Source of the DNA: Acidimicrobiia bacterium
GTDB lineage: Bacteria; Actinomycetota; Acidimicrobiia; Acidimicrobiales; AC-14
Assembly: GCA_023265045.1 (NCBI GenBank)
Contig: JAHFUQ010000003.1
Location: 30,995-94,994, forward strand
Length of the DNA stretch: 64,000 bases
Direction of reading: 5' to 3'
Shown piece by piece: positions 42,493 through 51,049 of this stretch. Made by a program: the position numbers and the translations under genes. Position 1 is the stretch's first letter. Each line of letters begins with the position of its first letter. The notes under the pieces were generated by a model, which did no database searches, was not told where the DNA came from, and worked only from the letters and a program-made list of their open reading frames with translations.

Positions 42493-43454
42493 GAGCCCAC
42501 CACCTGGCGGACCACCCGCACGCTCGTGGACCGGTCCCAAGGGATCACCGTGATCGCCCGGCGCAGAGCCGGCGGCACCCGCGCCGCGGGGTAGGGGACG
42601 AACGCCACAAGCGGGCACCCGGCCCTGCGCACGGTCGCCGCGAAGTCCTCCCATTCCGCCGCCGTCGCCCGCTCCGGCGATCCGGTCTCCACCAGGCCGA
42701 GGTCGGAGACGACGACCACTGGGCGGCCGCGGCGCGGCGGCTCGTACCCGATCCACGTCGCCCGCGACTTCGGCCCCGTACCCCGCGAGGGGCAGCCGGC
42801 GAAGCGGAGCACCTCCACCTGGTCGCGGCCGACGAGGGGGACGGCGGCGTCGACGATCTGGCGCTGATCGCCCCGGAACGCCAGCATGCCGTCGCCCATG
42901 TCCAGCAGCACCTGCGCGCCGAACCGGTTCGTGGGCCACGGCAGGCGCGGCAGTTGTTGCAGCGGGCGTCCGGCGGCCAGGTCGTCGACGGCCCGCTCGA
43001 CGTCGAAAGGACCGTCTTCGCTCCGGGTTGCCACCGCCGCGGTCAGGATGCCGCGCGCCCAGCGCGGCACGAAGAGGGGTTCGAGCGCGGGTGGCGGAGC
43101 CACCGGCCCGGCCGGCGCGTCCGCCAGTGCGTCGACTTCGGCCAGCCACGTGGCCGTGCGCCGGGTGGCCGACCGGCTTGCCACCGGCTCGAGCGAACTG
43201 GCGAGCGCCTCGTCGCCGTGCTGCGAGGGGGCCTTGCCACCGAACTGATCGGGCTGCTCGACGTCGCCAGCCGTGGGGTCGCCGGCGTCGGGCGCCGCGG
43301 CTGGAGTCGTCGGCGACACGGAGGGCTCCCCCGCCGGGGCGGGGGGCGCCCGTAAGCCGAGGACCACGGCGATCCGGTCCAGCGTGTCCTGGTCGACGGG
43401 ATGCAAAGCGCCGGCGGCGCGGAGGAAGTCGCCGATCGAGATCTGCGGCAGCAG
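42489..43454 (-). CDS. vWA-like protein with degenerate MIDAS (start uncertain)
   Basis: A high-GC3 frame begins right after the stop at 43472. Candidate starts are CTG 43454, TTG 43406, GTG 43367 and ATT 43508. The core QVLLDMGDGM ... RPVVVVSDLGL resembles vWA beta1/beta4. Confidence 0.55.
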   Translation of the reverse strand: MLPQISIGDFLRAAGALHPVDQDTLDRIAVVLGLRAPPAPAGEPSVSPTTPAAAPDAGDPTAGDVEQPDQFGGKAPSQHGDEALASSLEPVASRSATRRTATWLAEVDALADAPAGPVAPPPALEPLFVPRWARGILTAAVATRSEDGPFDVERAVDDLAAGRPLQQLPRLPWPTNRFGAQVLLDMGDGMLAFRGDQRQIVDAAVPLVGRDQVEVLRFAGCPSRGTGPKSRATWIGYEPPRRGRPVVVVSDLGLVETGSPERATAAEWEDFAATVRRAGCPLVAFVPYPAARVPPALRRAITVIPWDRSTSVRVVRQVVGS

Positions 43455-43471
43455 GCCCCGCTCGGCGAACC

Positions 43472-44461
43472 CTATGTCTGGCTCATCGGCCCGACGCGCT
43501 TGCGCAATGTCGCTCGTATGACCTCCTCCCAGTTCGGGGCAACGGTCGAGAGCTCGAGCTCCGCGGCGGCCCGCACGGCGTCGAGGTACTCGGCCGTGCT
43601 CGGCGCCGGCGACCCGTCTGTCGGCTTGCCCAGCCGCTTCACCTCCTCGGCGATCTTGCGGTGCTGGTCCGCGTCGCCGGACGGGAAGTGGGCCGCGGCG
43701 ATGCTGACCAGCCGGTCCACCAACTTGTCCTCGGGCGGGTCGGGGATGGGCAGGGACACACAACGCCGGAGGAACGCCCGGGGCAGCTCGCGCTCGTCGT
43801 TGGTGGTGATGATGATGAGCGGGACGCGCTCGGGCGCGACGGACACGGCCCGGCCCGACTCGTCGACCTTGAACCCCAGCGACCCCAGCGCCACCAACAG
43901 GCTGTTGGGGACGTCGGGATCGGCCTTGTCGATCTCGTCGATGAGCACGACGGCGCGGTCGCTCTCGCGCGGCGTTCCCGGCTCGAGTGGCGCCCGCCAA
44001 CCCTCGGGGAGCTCGTCGTCCTCGGGGAGCCCGCGCCGCTCGGCCTGGGCCCGGTCGAACGCCCACCACAGCACGCCCGGCTCCACGTAGGCGTCATCGA
44101 CCATGACCGCCTGGTTGGCCTGGGCGTCGCTCAGCCGGCGCACGACGTCGAACCGCCACAGGAGGTCGCGCGCCTGGGTGCGGGCCGTCACCACCGCCTC
44201 GTAGTACCGCCATCCCATCCACATCGCCACGCTGGCCGCCAGCGACGACTTGCCCGAACCCGGGTTGCCGCTCACCAGCAGGGGACGCCCGGTGGCGAGG
44301 GCGATGTTGACGGCGAGGACGATGTCGTCGGTGTACTCGTAGACCTTGCCGTCCCGACGATCGCCGACCGCCCCGCCGGCGGGCGCCGCCTTCGTCGGTC
44401 CCTGCCGCTCGGGCGCCGGTTCCAGCACAGGCTGGGGATTGAAGAACTTCTGGTAGCCCAT
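43472..44461 (-). CDS. MoxR-like (AAA_5-type) AAA+ ATPase
   Basis: ATG 44461 directly abuts the upstream stop (TGAATG). Walker A GNPGSGKSS, Walker B VVLIDEIDKAD, IIITTNDERELPRAFLRRC. Confidence 0.85.
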   Translation of the reverse strand: MGYQKFFNPQPVLEPAPERQGPTKAAPAGGAVGDRRDGKVYEYTDDIVLAVNIALATGRPLLVSGNPGSGKSSLAASVAMWMGWRYYEAVVTARTQARDLLWRFDVVRRLSDAQANQAVMVDDAYVEPGVLWWAFDRAQAERRGLPEDDELPEGWRAPLEPGTPRESDRAVVLIDEIDKADPDVPNSLLVALGSLGFKVDESGRAVSVAPERVPLIIITTNDERELPRAFLRRCVSLPIPDPPEDKLVDRLVSIAAAHFPSGDADQHRKIAEEVKRLGKPTDGSPAPSTAEYLDAVRAAAELELSTVAPNWEEVIRATLRKRVGPMSQT

Positions 44462-45547
44462 TCAGGTCCTCCCTGCACCGCACGCGCGCTTGGCGTCGCG
44501 TAGGGCGCGGTTGATGTCCCGCCAGTACGCGGCTTCGCGCGCCGGGTCCAACTCGGGAACCACGTAGTCGACGTCGGGGAGCGCCAGCGCCGCGAACTCA
44601 GGGCGGGTCATCTCGCCGGTGAGGAACAGGAAGCTGACCTTGGCGTAGCCCTTGGCCCGGATGGCCTGGAGGTCGGCGGCGGTGGGAACCGGCGGCGGGA
44701 ACACGAGCACGACGGGCAGGGCGCTGAGCTCTTCGTCCAGGTCCTCGGGGGGGAACCCGAGCGCCTCTTCCACCGCGCTGGCCACGCGTTGCTCGAGGTC
44801 GGCGAGGTCGGGACCCCAGCCGCCCGGGACCTCCTGCACGCCCCACATCGGGGGCGCCCAGCACGCGGCGCCGGTCACCATTCGCCCCGTCTCGGTGCGC
44901 GCCGACTTGACCCCGAGGCCGCGCCGCGACGGCACGGCGTCGCGAACCAGGGCGACCGCGGCCTGATCGATGCACGCGAACGGCGCGGCCACGGTGACCA
45001 CGGCGCCGGCCCGCTCGCACAGCTGTGAAGACAACGCCGTGACGGCCGACACCAGCGTCTCCAAGTCGGTCTCCAGCAGCCTGCGCGCGAGCACCCAGCG
45101 CATGTCCTCCTCCGTGCCGCTGAGGACGACGCCGAGGATCTCCCCGGCCTCCTTGTAGAGCCCGACGTCAGCGCCCTTCAGCAGCCCGGCAAGCTGACCC
45201 TCGACGTGGTGGCGAGGGGTCTTCTCCACGATCTGGACGGATGCCGCCGGGCTCGCGGCGACGGTGATGTTGAAGATGTCGCCACCGGCGACGTCGCCGA
45301 CGTTCACCGAGCCCGCAATGGCGCCCTTGAAATCCACGACGGCGCGCCCGACGCTGACCGCCTTGGCGCCGACCAGTGCCTCGATGAGCTCGGCTTCGGC
45401 CGCGAGCGCGTCCTTCGCGGCTTCGGGGGTGGTGCCGCCATTGGCGAGGTCGGCGACGATCCGCGCCAGCGTGGGGACGCGCCCCTTGAGGGCCGGCGGG
45501 GCCGCCCGCTCGAGGACGGCCTCGAGGTCCGACGAGGAGACGGTCAC
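44462..45547 (-). CDS. Hypothetical protein sharing a Gly/Val-rich ~34-aa motif with the upstream caspase (adaptor candidate)
   Basis: GTG 45547 overlaps the caspase stop (GTGA). Helical N-terminus of about 60 aa, motif VDFKGAIAGSVNVGDVAGGDIFNITVAASPAASV, then an alpha/beta-like C-terminal domain. No family recognised. Confidence 0.7.
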   Translation of the reverse strand: MTVSSSDLEAVLERAAPPALKGRVPTLARIVADLANGGTTPEAAKDALAAEAELIEALVGAKAVSVGRAVVDFKGAIAGSVNVGDVAGGDIFNITVAASPAASVQIVEKTPRHHVEGQLAGLLKGADVGLYKEAGEILGVVLSGTEEDMRWVLARRLLETDLETLVSAVTALSSQLCERAGAVVTVAAPFACIDQAAVALVRDAVPSRRGLGVKSARTETGRMVTGAACWAPPMWGVQEVPGGWGPDLADLEQRVASAVEEALGFPPEDLDEELSALPVVLVFPPPVPTAADLQAIRAKGYAKVSFLFLTGEMTRPEFAALALPDVDYVVPELDPAREAAYWRDINRALRDAKRACGAGRT

Positions 45548-46788
45548 CCGTGCGTGCGGGCCCGCTGCAACAACACGCCCACGGCGTCGCTCAACGTCTC
45601 CGGCGCGCCCATGGCCAGCAACGCCCGCTGCGCCGAGTCCAACTTTTCGAGCATGCGCCGGTCGTCGCCCGCGTCGCCCGCCTCCTTGGCCTTGCGGAGG
45701 TCGTCGGCGGCGTCCTCCTGGCGGCCTTTCTGCGCGGCTGGCGCGGCGAGGCCGGCGACGTCGGCCCGCGCCCCGGCGATGGCGGCGAGAAGGTCGGCGC
45801 GGCCCGTCACCGCCGCCGCCGCAGCGGGCGTGGTCGTGATCTTCACGATGTCGCGCCCGGCCACGTCGCCCATCGTCACCGAACCGATCGTCGCACCCTC
45901 GAACGACACGACGCTCGTCTTCTCGACAACCGCCACCGGGAACGTCTCCACGGCGCCGTCAGGGAGGCTCTGACGTATGGCCGGCGCGCCGAGGGCGGAC
46001 CGGTCGACGATGCCGTCGCCGAAGAACGAGACCGCGAACGGGCCCACCCCTTCGGACAGGTTGAGGACGGGCTCCTGCGCGACCCGCAGCTCGGCCGCCC
46101 CCGCGATGACCGTCTTGTACAGGTACTCGTATAGCTCGAACAGGCCGACGTAGCCCGGACGGTCCATGCCCTTGCCTCGCAGCCCGTCGATGAGCGCCTG
46201 CCCGAACAGCGTCGTCGGCGCCTGCGGCCGGTAGTACGACGACTGCGTGGCGCGCGCCGCGGTGATGACGGCCCGGCCCTCGCCGCTGGCGAGCACGCGG
46301 GCGCTGAGAGCGGGCGTCGGGGGAGCGCTCTCGGCCCCCAGGGTGGCGTGGATCTCGCCCGACAGGCACGCGTTGATGACGAAGAGGAGCTTGCGGGCCT
46401 TGATGGCCCGCAAGGCGGCCAGCAGCGCCGGCTCGCCCAACCCGGTCCCCTGCAGCGCCAGCTTCCCGGGGCTGAACTGGGTGTCATGGGTCGCCAGCGT
46501 GTACTGCCCGTCGTCGCCCGGGACCCCGTGGCCGGCGAAGAAGATGAGCACGACGTCGTCGGCGGTCGCGCGCGCCGCCAGGTCGGCGAAGGCGTCGTTC
46601 ACCGCCTCGAGCACGGCGCCCTCGTCGTGCAGCAGCCCGACCTGGCCGGCCGGATAGCCGGCGACCTTCTCGTCAATGAGCGCGTCGCGCACTCCTGTCG
46701 CATCCCCCACGGTGATGGGAGCGCTCCACCCCGGGGCCTGGTACTGGCCCACTCCGATCACCAGCGCGTGGCCTTCCGCGAACGCCAT
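45544..46788 (-). CDS. Caspase-like (peptidase C14) protease with C-terminal Gly/Val-rich motif and helical tail
   Basis: HALVIGVGQY start of the domain. Catalytic contexts VVLIFFAGHG (His) and LLFVINACLSG (Cys). Alternative GTG start at 46818. Confidence 0.8.
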   Translation of the reverse strand: MAFAEGHALVIGVGQYQAPGWSAPITVGDATGVRDALIDEKVAGYPAGQVGLLHDEGAVLEAVNDAFADLAARATADDVVLIFFAGHGVPGDDGQYTLATHDTQFSPGKLALQGTGLGEPALLAALRAIKARKLLFVINACLSGEIHATLGAESAPPTPALSARVLASGEGRAVITAARATQSSYYRPQAPTTLFGQALIDGLRGKGMDRPGYVGLFELYEYLYKTVIAGAAELRVAQEPVLNLSEGVGPFAVSFFGDGIVDRSALGAPAIRQSLPDGAVETFPVAVVEKTSVVSFEGATIGSVTMGDVAGRDIVKITTTPAAAAAVTGRADLLAAIAGARADVAGLAAPAAQKGRQEDAADDLRKAKEAGDAGDDRRMLEKLDSAQRALLAMGAPETLSDAVGVLLQRARTHG

Positions 46789-46846
46789 GGCGCGGGAGCC
46801 TACCGACGGACGAACCACGCCGCCCCTGGTCCTCTACCATGCCGCC

Positions 46847-47587
46847 GTGGCAGGCCCAGAGATCACCAAGCAGCCCCAGCGCCAGACCGTCGCCGCCGGC
46901 ATGCCGGCGCGCTTTGAGGTCGTCGCCACCGGCGCCACCGAGTATGCGTGGGCGAACGAGGCGGGACCGATCGCGGGAGCGACATCGGCCACCTATGTCG
47001 TCACCGCGACGGCCGAGCTTTCCGGGACGAAATACCGCGTCACCGTCAAGAACGCGGCCGGGGAATCACGCATCAGCGACTGGGCGACGTTGACGGTCGC
47101 CGCCGAGGTTCCCGTCGTCTACGAACCGCGGTTCGCGGCAGTCGCCGCGGCCGCCTTGCTGGCGACCTTCCTTGTGGTCCTGTGGCCGATCTGGGCAATC
47201 GCCGGGCGGGTCGCGTTCAACAAGAACGTGAGCTTTCCCGCGGTCATCGCCGTGCAGCTGGTGATCGTCGGCGTGCTGATCGCCCTGGCCGGCGTGTACC
47301 TCTCGCTGCTCGAGTTCCGGGGCCGGGCCCGCACCATGGCCGAACTGCGCCCGCCCGCCGGTCCCGAGGCGGCGGCCGTCGGGGACCTCGGCGCGGTCGA
47401 CGAGGTCGCCAAGTCCATCCCCGAAGCCCTCAAGGCCTTCGGTCAGCTCAAGGCGCCGGCGGCCGCCATGGCCGTCGCCGCCCTGCTGTTCATCTGCGCG
47501 ACGGCGATCTCGTGGCGCGGCCTCCCGTCGACGTCCTCACCAACCGCCCCGACGACCACAGCCGCGCCCACCACGACCAAGCCATAA
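46847..47587 (+). CDS. Membrane protein with N-terminal Ig-like domain
   Basis: GTG 46847. PEITKQPQRQTVAAGMPARFEVVATGATEYAW...GTKYRVTVKNAAGESRISDWATLTV, then 3 TM helices and a Thr/Pro tail. Divergent from the caspase operon. Confidence 0.65.
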   Translation: MAGPEITKQPQRQTVAAGMPARFEVVATGATEYAWANEAGPIAGATSATYVVTATAELSGTKYRVTVKNAAGESRISDWATLTVAAEVPVVYEPRFAAVAAAALLATFLVVLWPIWAIAGRVAFNKNVSFPAVIAVQLVIVGVLIALAGVYLSLLEFRGRARTMAELRPPAGPEAAAVGDLGAVDEVAKSIPEALKAFGQLKAPAAAMAVAALLFICATAISWRGLPSTSSPTAPTTTAAPTTTKP

Positions 47588-47786
47588 CCCCAGGCGCCCG
47601 CGCGGCCGCGGGCGCAGTCGACGGGGCCCTGCTCACGACCGGTCCGCCGTAGAAGCCGCCTTCGCGAGCCGGGGCAACGAGCTCGCCCAGCCCCACGCCC
47701 GGCGCAGCCACGGACGGCGTTTTCGTTGACGCTCGGCCACGCGGGCGCGACCATGCAGCTTCGCGTCAGGCGAAAGGTGGGCGAGC

Positions 47787-49403
47787 ATGAAGCGTCGCGG
47801 GATGCTGCTATTGGCCCTGTTGGCGGTCGTCCCCGCGGGGCCGGCCCTGGCGGCGGCGAAAACGTTCCCACCCAACGTGGACAGCTCGGTCCAGGTGACG
47901 ACCGACCCGAGCGCGTCGCGAGCCCACACGGTGCCGGCCGTCGCCGTCAGCCCGAAGGACGACAACATCGTCGCCATCGCCGAGGCGGACGCCTACTCGT
48001 CGCAATGCGCCGTCCACATCTCGACCAACGCGGGCCTGAGCTGGACGACGGCGGCCGCGCCCAAGACGGTCGGCGACTGGCCGAACTGCGCCTTCGTCCC
48101 CTTCGGCCCCGTGGTCGACGTGGCCTTCGGCCCCGACGGCGCCCTCTACTACGCCTACAGCGGCTTCAACCCGATCAGCAAGAAGTCGCGGGTGTTCCTC
48201 TCCCGCTCGAACGACCTCGGCACCACGTGGGAAACGACCATGCTGCCGTGGATCGCGCCGGACCTGACCAAGGGCGAGGCGGGCGTCGACGCGGTGCCGT
48301 CGATCGCCGTCGACCCGCACAACGCCCAGCACGTGTGGGTGGGGTGGGGGTCCAACTGGGCCACCTACACGCTCAACGCCGAGGTCTTGCAGAGCAAGCT
48401 GTACTACTGGGACGTGATCGAGCGGGTCTACGTGGCCGCGTCGACCGACGGCGGCAAGACTTTCGCCGACCCGGTCAACGTGGGCGACGGGCTCAAGCTC
48501 ACTCCGGACATCGAAGGCGTGAAGCCGCCGCCCCAGGTCATCGCCGGCAACAACGGCGAAGTGTTCGCCCTCTTCGGCGAGTACTCGCGGGGCGGCTCCC
48601 GGGACGTTCGCACCGGCAATGCGCCCCCCGCCCACGTGTACTGGGCGGCGTCGACCGACGGCGGCAAGACGTACACCAACAAGTCGATCTACACCCAGCC
48701 GACGCCGACGATGACCTCCGACTGGACGTGGGTGCCGCGCGGCGGCATCGACCGCTCCAACGGCAACCTCTACGTGGCGTGGGAGCAGATGTCGGCGGCG
48801 GGGGCGGCCGTGCAGATCTCGACCATCCGCTCGGTCGACGCGGGCAAGACCTGGAGCCAGCCGGCGAAGGCCAACGACTACACCCCGGTCCGGCAGTGGA
48901 ACTACCCGGAGGCCTACCCGGCGCTCAGCGTCGCGCCCAACGGCCGGGTCGACGTGGCCTGGTACGACTACCGCAACGACTCCACCTACGTCGCGCCCGC
49001 CCGGGCCAACAACTTCCAGGACGTCTATTACACCTACTCGACCGACGGCGGCCGCACGTGGGCGCCGAACGTGAGGATGACCGACCGGCTGATCGACCGG
49101 CGGTTCGGGCCGTCGCAACAGGGCGGCATCCGGGGGCCGGTGGGGCTGGCGTCGCGCGACGACACGGCCTTCGTCGCGTGGGACGACTCGCGCAACGGCA
49201 GTCCGACCAATGCGTCCCAGGACATCTACTTCGCCCGCGCCCGCCTCGACTCGCCGGCCGAGGTGTTCGGGTCGCCGCCGGGCACGTCCCGGGTAACGTG
49301 GGCGTTCCTCGGCGCCGCCATCGCCCTGGGCGTCGGGGGGTTGGCGCTGGTCCTCGCCTTGGCGACGGTGCGCCGCCGCCAACCCGAGGCGGCCGCCTCC
49401 TAA
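47787..49403 (+). CDS. BNR/Asp-box (sialidase-fold) protein with signal peptide and C-terminal TM anchor
   Basis: Asp-boxes STNAGLSW, SNDLGTTW, STDGGKTF, STDGGKTY, SVDAGKTW, STDGGRTW. Paralogue of 24092-25690. Confidence 0.8.
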   Translation: MKRRGMLLLALLAVVPAGPALAAAKTFPPNVDSSVQVTTDPSASRAHTVPAVAVSPKDDNIVAIAEADAYSSQCAVHISTNAGLSWTTAAAPKTVGDWPNCAFVPFGPVVDVAFGPDGALYYAYSGFNPISKKSRVFLSRSNDLGTTWETTMLPWIAPDLTKGEAGVDAVPSIAVDPHNAQHVWVGWGSNWATYTLNAEVLQSKLYYWDVIERVYVAASTDGGKTFADPVNVGDGLKLTPDIEGVKPPPQVIAGNNGEVFALFGEYSRGGSRDVRTGNAPPAHVYWAASTDGGKTYTNKSIYTQPTPTMTSDWTWVPRGGIDRSNGNLYVAWEQMSAAGAAVQISTIRSVDAGKTWSQPAKANDYTPVRQWNYPEAYPALSVAPNGRVDVAWYDYRNDSTYVAPARANNFQDVYYTYSTDGGRTWAPNVRMTDRLIDRRFGPSQQGGIRGPVGLASRDDTAFVAWDDSRNGSPTNASQDIYFARARLDSPAEVFGSPPGTSRVTWAFLGAAIALGVGGLALVLALATVRRRQPEAAAS

Positions 49404-49633
49404 TACGGCCGGCTCGCCGCCTCCTCACGAGCACGCAGGCCGCGGGCCGCCTTCGAGGCGACGCGCCACATCCCCACCGCGAACGTGACCGAGATGACGG
49501 CCAGGGTCACGTGCACCACTTTGAAGCCGACCGCCCGGCCGCGGTCGCCGAGCAGGTTCTTGACGAAGACGGCCCAGACGAAGGACGTCCAGAGGGAGGC
49601 GGCACGGAGCAGGAGGACGTCACGGCGGGACAT
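49400..49633 (-). CDS. Small 2-TM membrane protein (SCO4848-like, tentative)
   Basis: LRAASLWTSFVWAVFVKNLL...VHVTLAVISVTFAVGMW; 77 aa. Confidence 0.5.
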   Translation of the reverse strand: MSRRDVLLLRAASLWTSFVWAVFVKNLLGDRGRAVGFKVVHVTLAVISVTFAVGMWRVASKAARGLRAREEAASRPY

Positions 49634-49646
49634 TGCCGTGACGGTA

Positions 49647-49811
49647 CTAGTAGCCGGGACGGTTGCTGCCGGCGGTCGTGGTCGGGCCTTGGATGACCCC
49701 GCCGTTGTCAGAACTGCCGCAGCCCGCCGCGCCGAGGACCGCGAGCGTGGCCGCCACCGCCGCCACGGCCGCCCACCGGCGCAGGCGCCCCAACCCCGGT
49801 CGTGCGGTCAT
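49647..49811 (-). CDS. Small putative lipoprotein
   Basis: ATG 49811 overlaps the rnhB stop (ATGA). Lipobox LAVLGAAGC. 54 aa. Confidence 0.4.
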   Translation of the reverse strand: MTARPGLGRLRRWAAVAAVAATLAVLGAAGCGSSDNGGVIQGPTTTAGSNRPGY

Positions 49812-50521
49812 TCGTCCCACAGGGCGCCTTGCCCGTCGTCGCGCACGAGCCGAGGCACGCCGCCCCAGGGGATGTGGTCCATGAACACCCAGGCCCGGCG
49901 GTGGATCGACGTCGGCCCCCACGCCGCCAGCGCCGCCTTGTGGCGCGGGCACGGGTAGCCCTTGTTCAGCTCGAAGTCGTAGCCCGGGAAGTGCTCGGAC
50001 TCGGCCCGCATGATCCGGTCTCGGGTGACCTTGGCCAGCACCGATGCGGTGGCGATCGACAGGCATGACGCGTCGCCCTTGACGATCTTTTGGACCCGGA
50101 CCCCGCCCACGAAGTCCCAGCTGCCGTCGACGAGCACCGCGTCAGGCGTCACGCCCAGCCCCTCGATGGCCCGCCGGGCGGCCAGCTTCTGCGCCGCCGA
50201 CATGCCCAGCTCGTCGCACTCGGCCTGGCTCGCGTGGCCGACGGCCCACGCCGCGCACCACCCCGCCAGCCGGGGGAAGATGTGCTCGCGCTCGGGCTCG
50301 GTGAGCATCTTGGAGTCGCGCACCTTGTAGACCCGCCGGTCTCGGGGCAGCACGGCGGCGCCGACCGAGATCGGGCCTGCCCACGAGCCGCGGCCCACCT
50401 CGTCCACCCCCACGACCACCTCGCACCCCTCGTCCCACAGCTCTTTTTCGGTGGACAAGCTGGGGACAACCTGGCGGCGCACCACCGGCGGGCGAACCGC
50501 AGCGGTGAGGGCAAGCGCCAT
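49808..50521 (-). CDS. rnhB: Ribonuclease HII
   Basis: VVGVDEVGRGSWAGP, VRDSKML, and HFPGYDFELNKGY motifs. Confidence 0.9.
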   Translation of the reverse strand: MALALTAAVRPPVVRRQVVPSLSTEKELWDEGCEVVVGVDEVGRGSWAGPISVGAAVLPRDRRVYKVRDSKMLTEPEREHIFPRLAGWCAAWAVGHASQAECDELGMSAAQKLAARRAIEGLGVTPDAVLVDGSWDFVGGVRVQKIVKGDASCLSIATASVLAKVTRDRIMRAESEHFPGYDFELNKGYPCPRHKAALAAWGPTSIHRRAWVFMDHIPWGGVPRLVRDDGQGALWDE

Positions 50522-50575
50522 ACGCCCTCGAACATAGCGCCGACACCACCGCCAGCGGTGGCTCAGCCGACCGGC

Positions 50576-51049
50576 TCAGCCTTCGGCAGCCCGCACAGCT
50601 GTGACCGGCGGCTGCCCGCCGATCACCGAGACCAAACCGGGGAGGTAACCGGAGGTCATGGCTTCGTTCGTTCGCGCCAGTTCATCGAGCACGGCCCCGA
50701 ACTGGTGCTCCTCCAAATGGGCCTCGCCCAAGCCGACGCCGCTGCGGAAGCGCACCTCGCCGTCGTCGACGTCCATGTCGAACGTTCCCGAGTTCATGCC
50801 GTAGCTGGCCCTGAGCACATACTCCGCCACGGGCGCCCTGGCCTCGGGCGGGACGTGTTCCTCGAAGATCGAGATGAAGGTGACCTGGCCGGTGCGCACA
50901 TGGACCTGGAGGTAGTCGTGCCACCGCCCCGGGACCCCGTCGTCGATACGGAAGATCGTGTCCGCGTCGCCGCCGTCCTCCTCCCACGCCGACCCCCGAG
51001 CGCGGAGCCACGCCCGTGCCCATCCCAACCACTCGGCCTGCGCGGCCAC
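50576..51049 (-). CDS. YbjN-like (T3SS-chaperone-fold) protein; immunity/chaperone candidate
   Basis: GTG 51049 shares a base with the upstream TAG. 157 aa. The pattern VTFISIFEEHVP...YVLRASYGMNSGTFDMD..GEVRFRSG resembles the YbjN family. Confidence 0.55.
   Translation of the reverse strand: MAAQAEWLGWARAWLRARGSAWEEDGGDADTIFRIDDGVPGRWHDYLQVHVRTGQVTFISIFEEHVPPEARAPVAEYVLRASYGMNSGTFDMDVDDGEVRFRSGVGLGEAHLEEHQFGAVLDELARTNEAMTSGYLPGLVSVIGGQPPVTAVRAAEG

Noticed and set aside
42493-43149. The 5' 219 codons of the 1096-aa ORF 39859-43149.
   Set aside because: This part overlaps the vWA-like gene in another frame and is Arg/Pro-rich. A GTG at 42492 forms a GTGA overlap with the upstream stop, giving an 877-aa product.
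44462-45547. The protein next to the caspase considered as a bacterial gasdermin.
   Set aside because: It has a helical N-terminus, no gasdermin-like beta-rich N-terminal pattern, and no N-terminal Cys. It seems better described as an unassigned adaptor. Profile searches are needed to exclude the gasdermin assignment formally.
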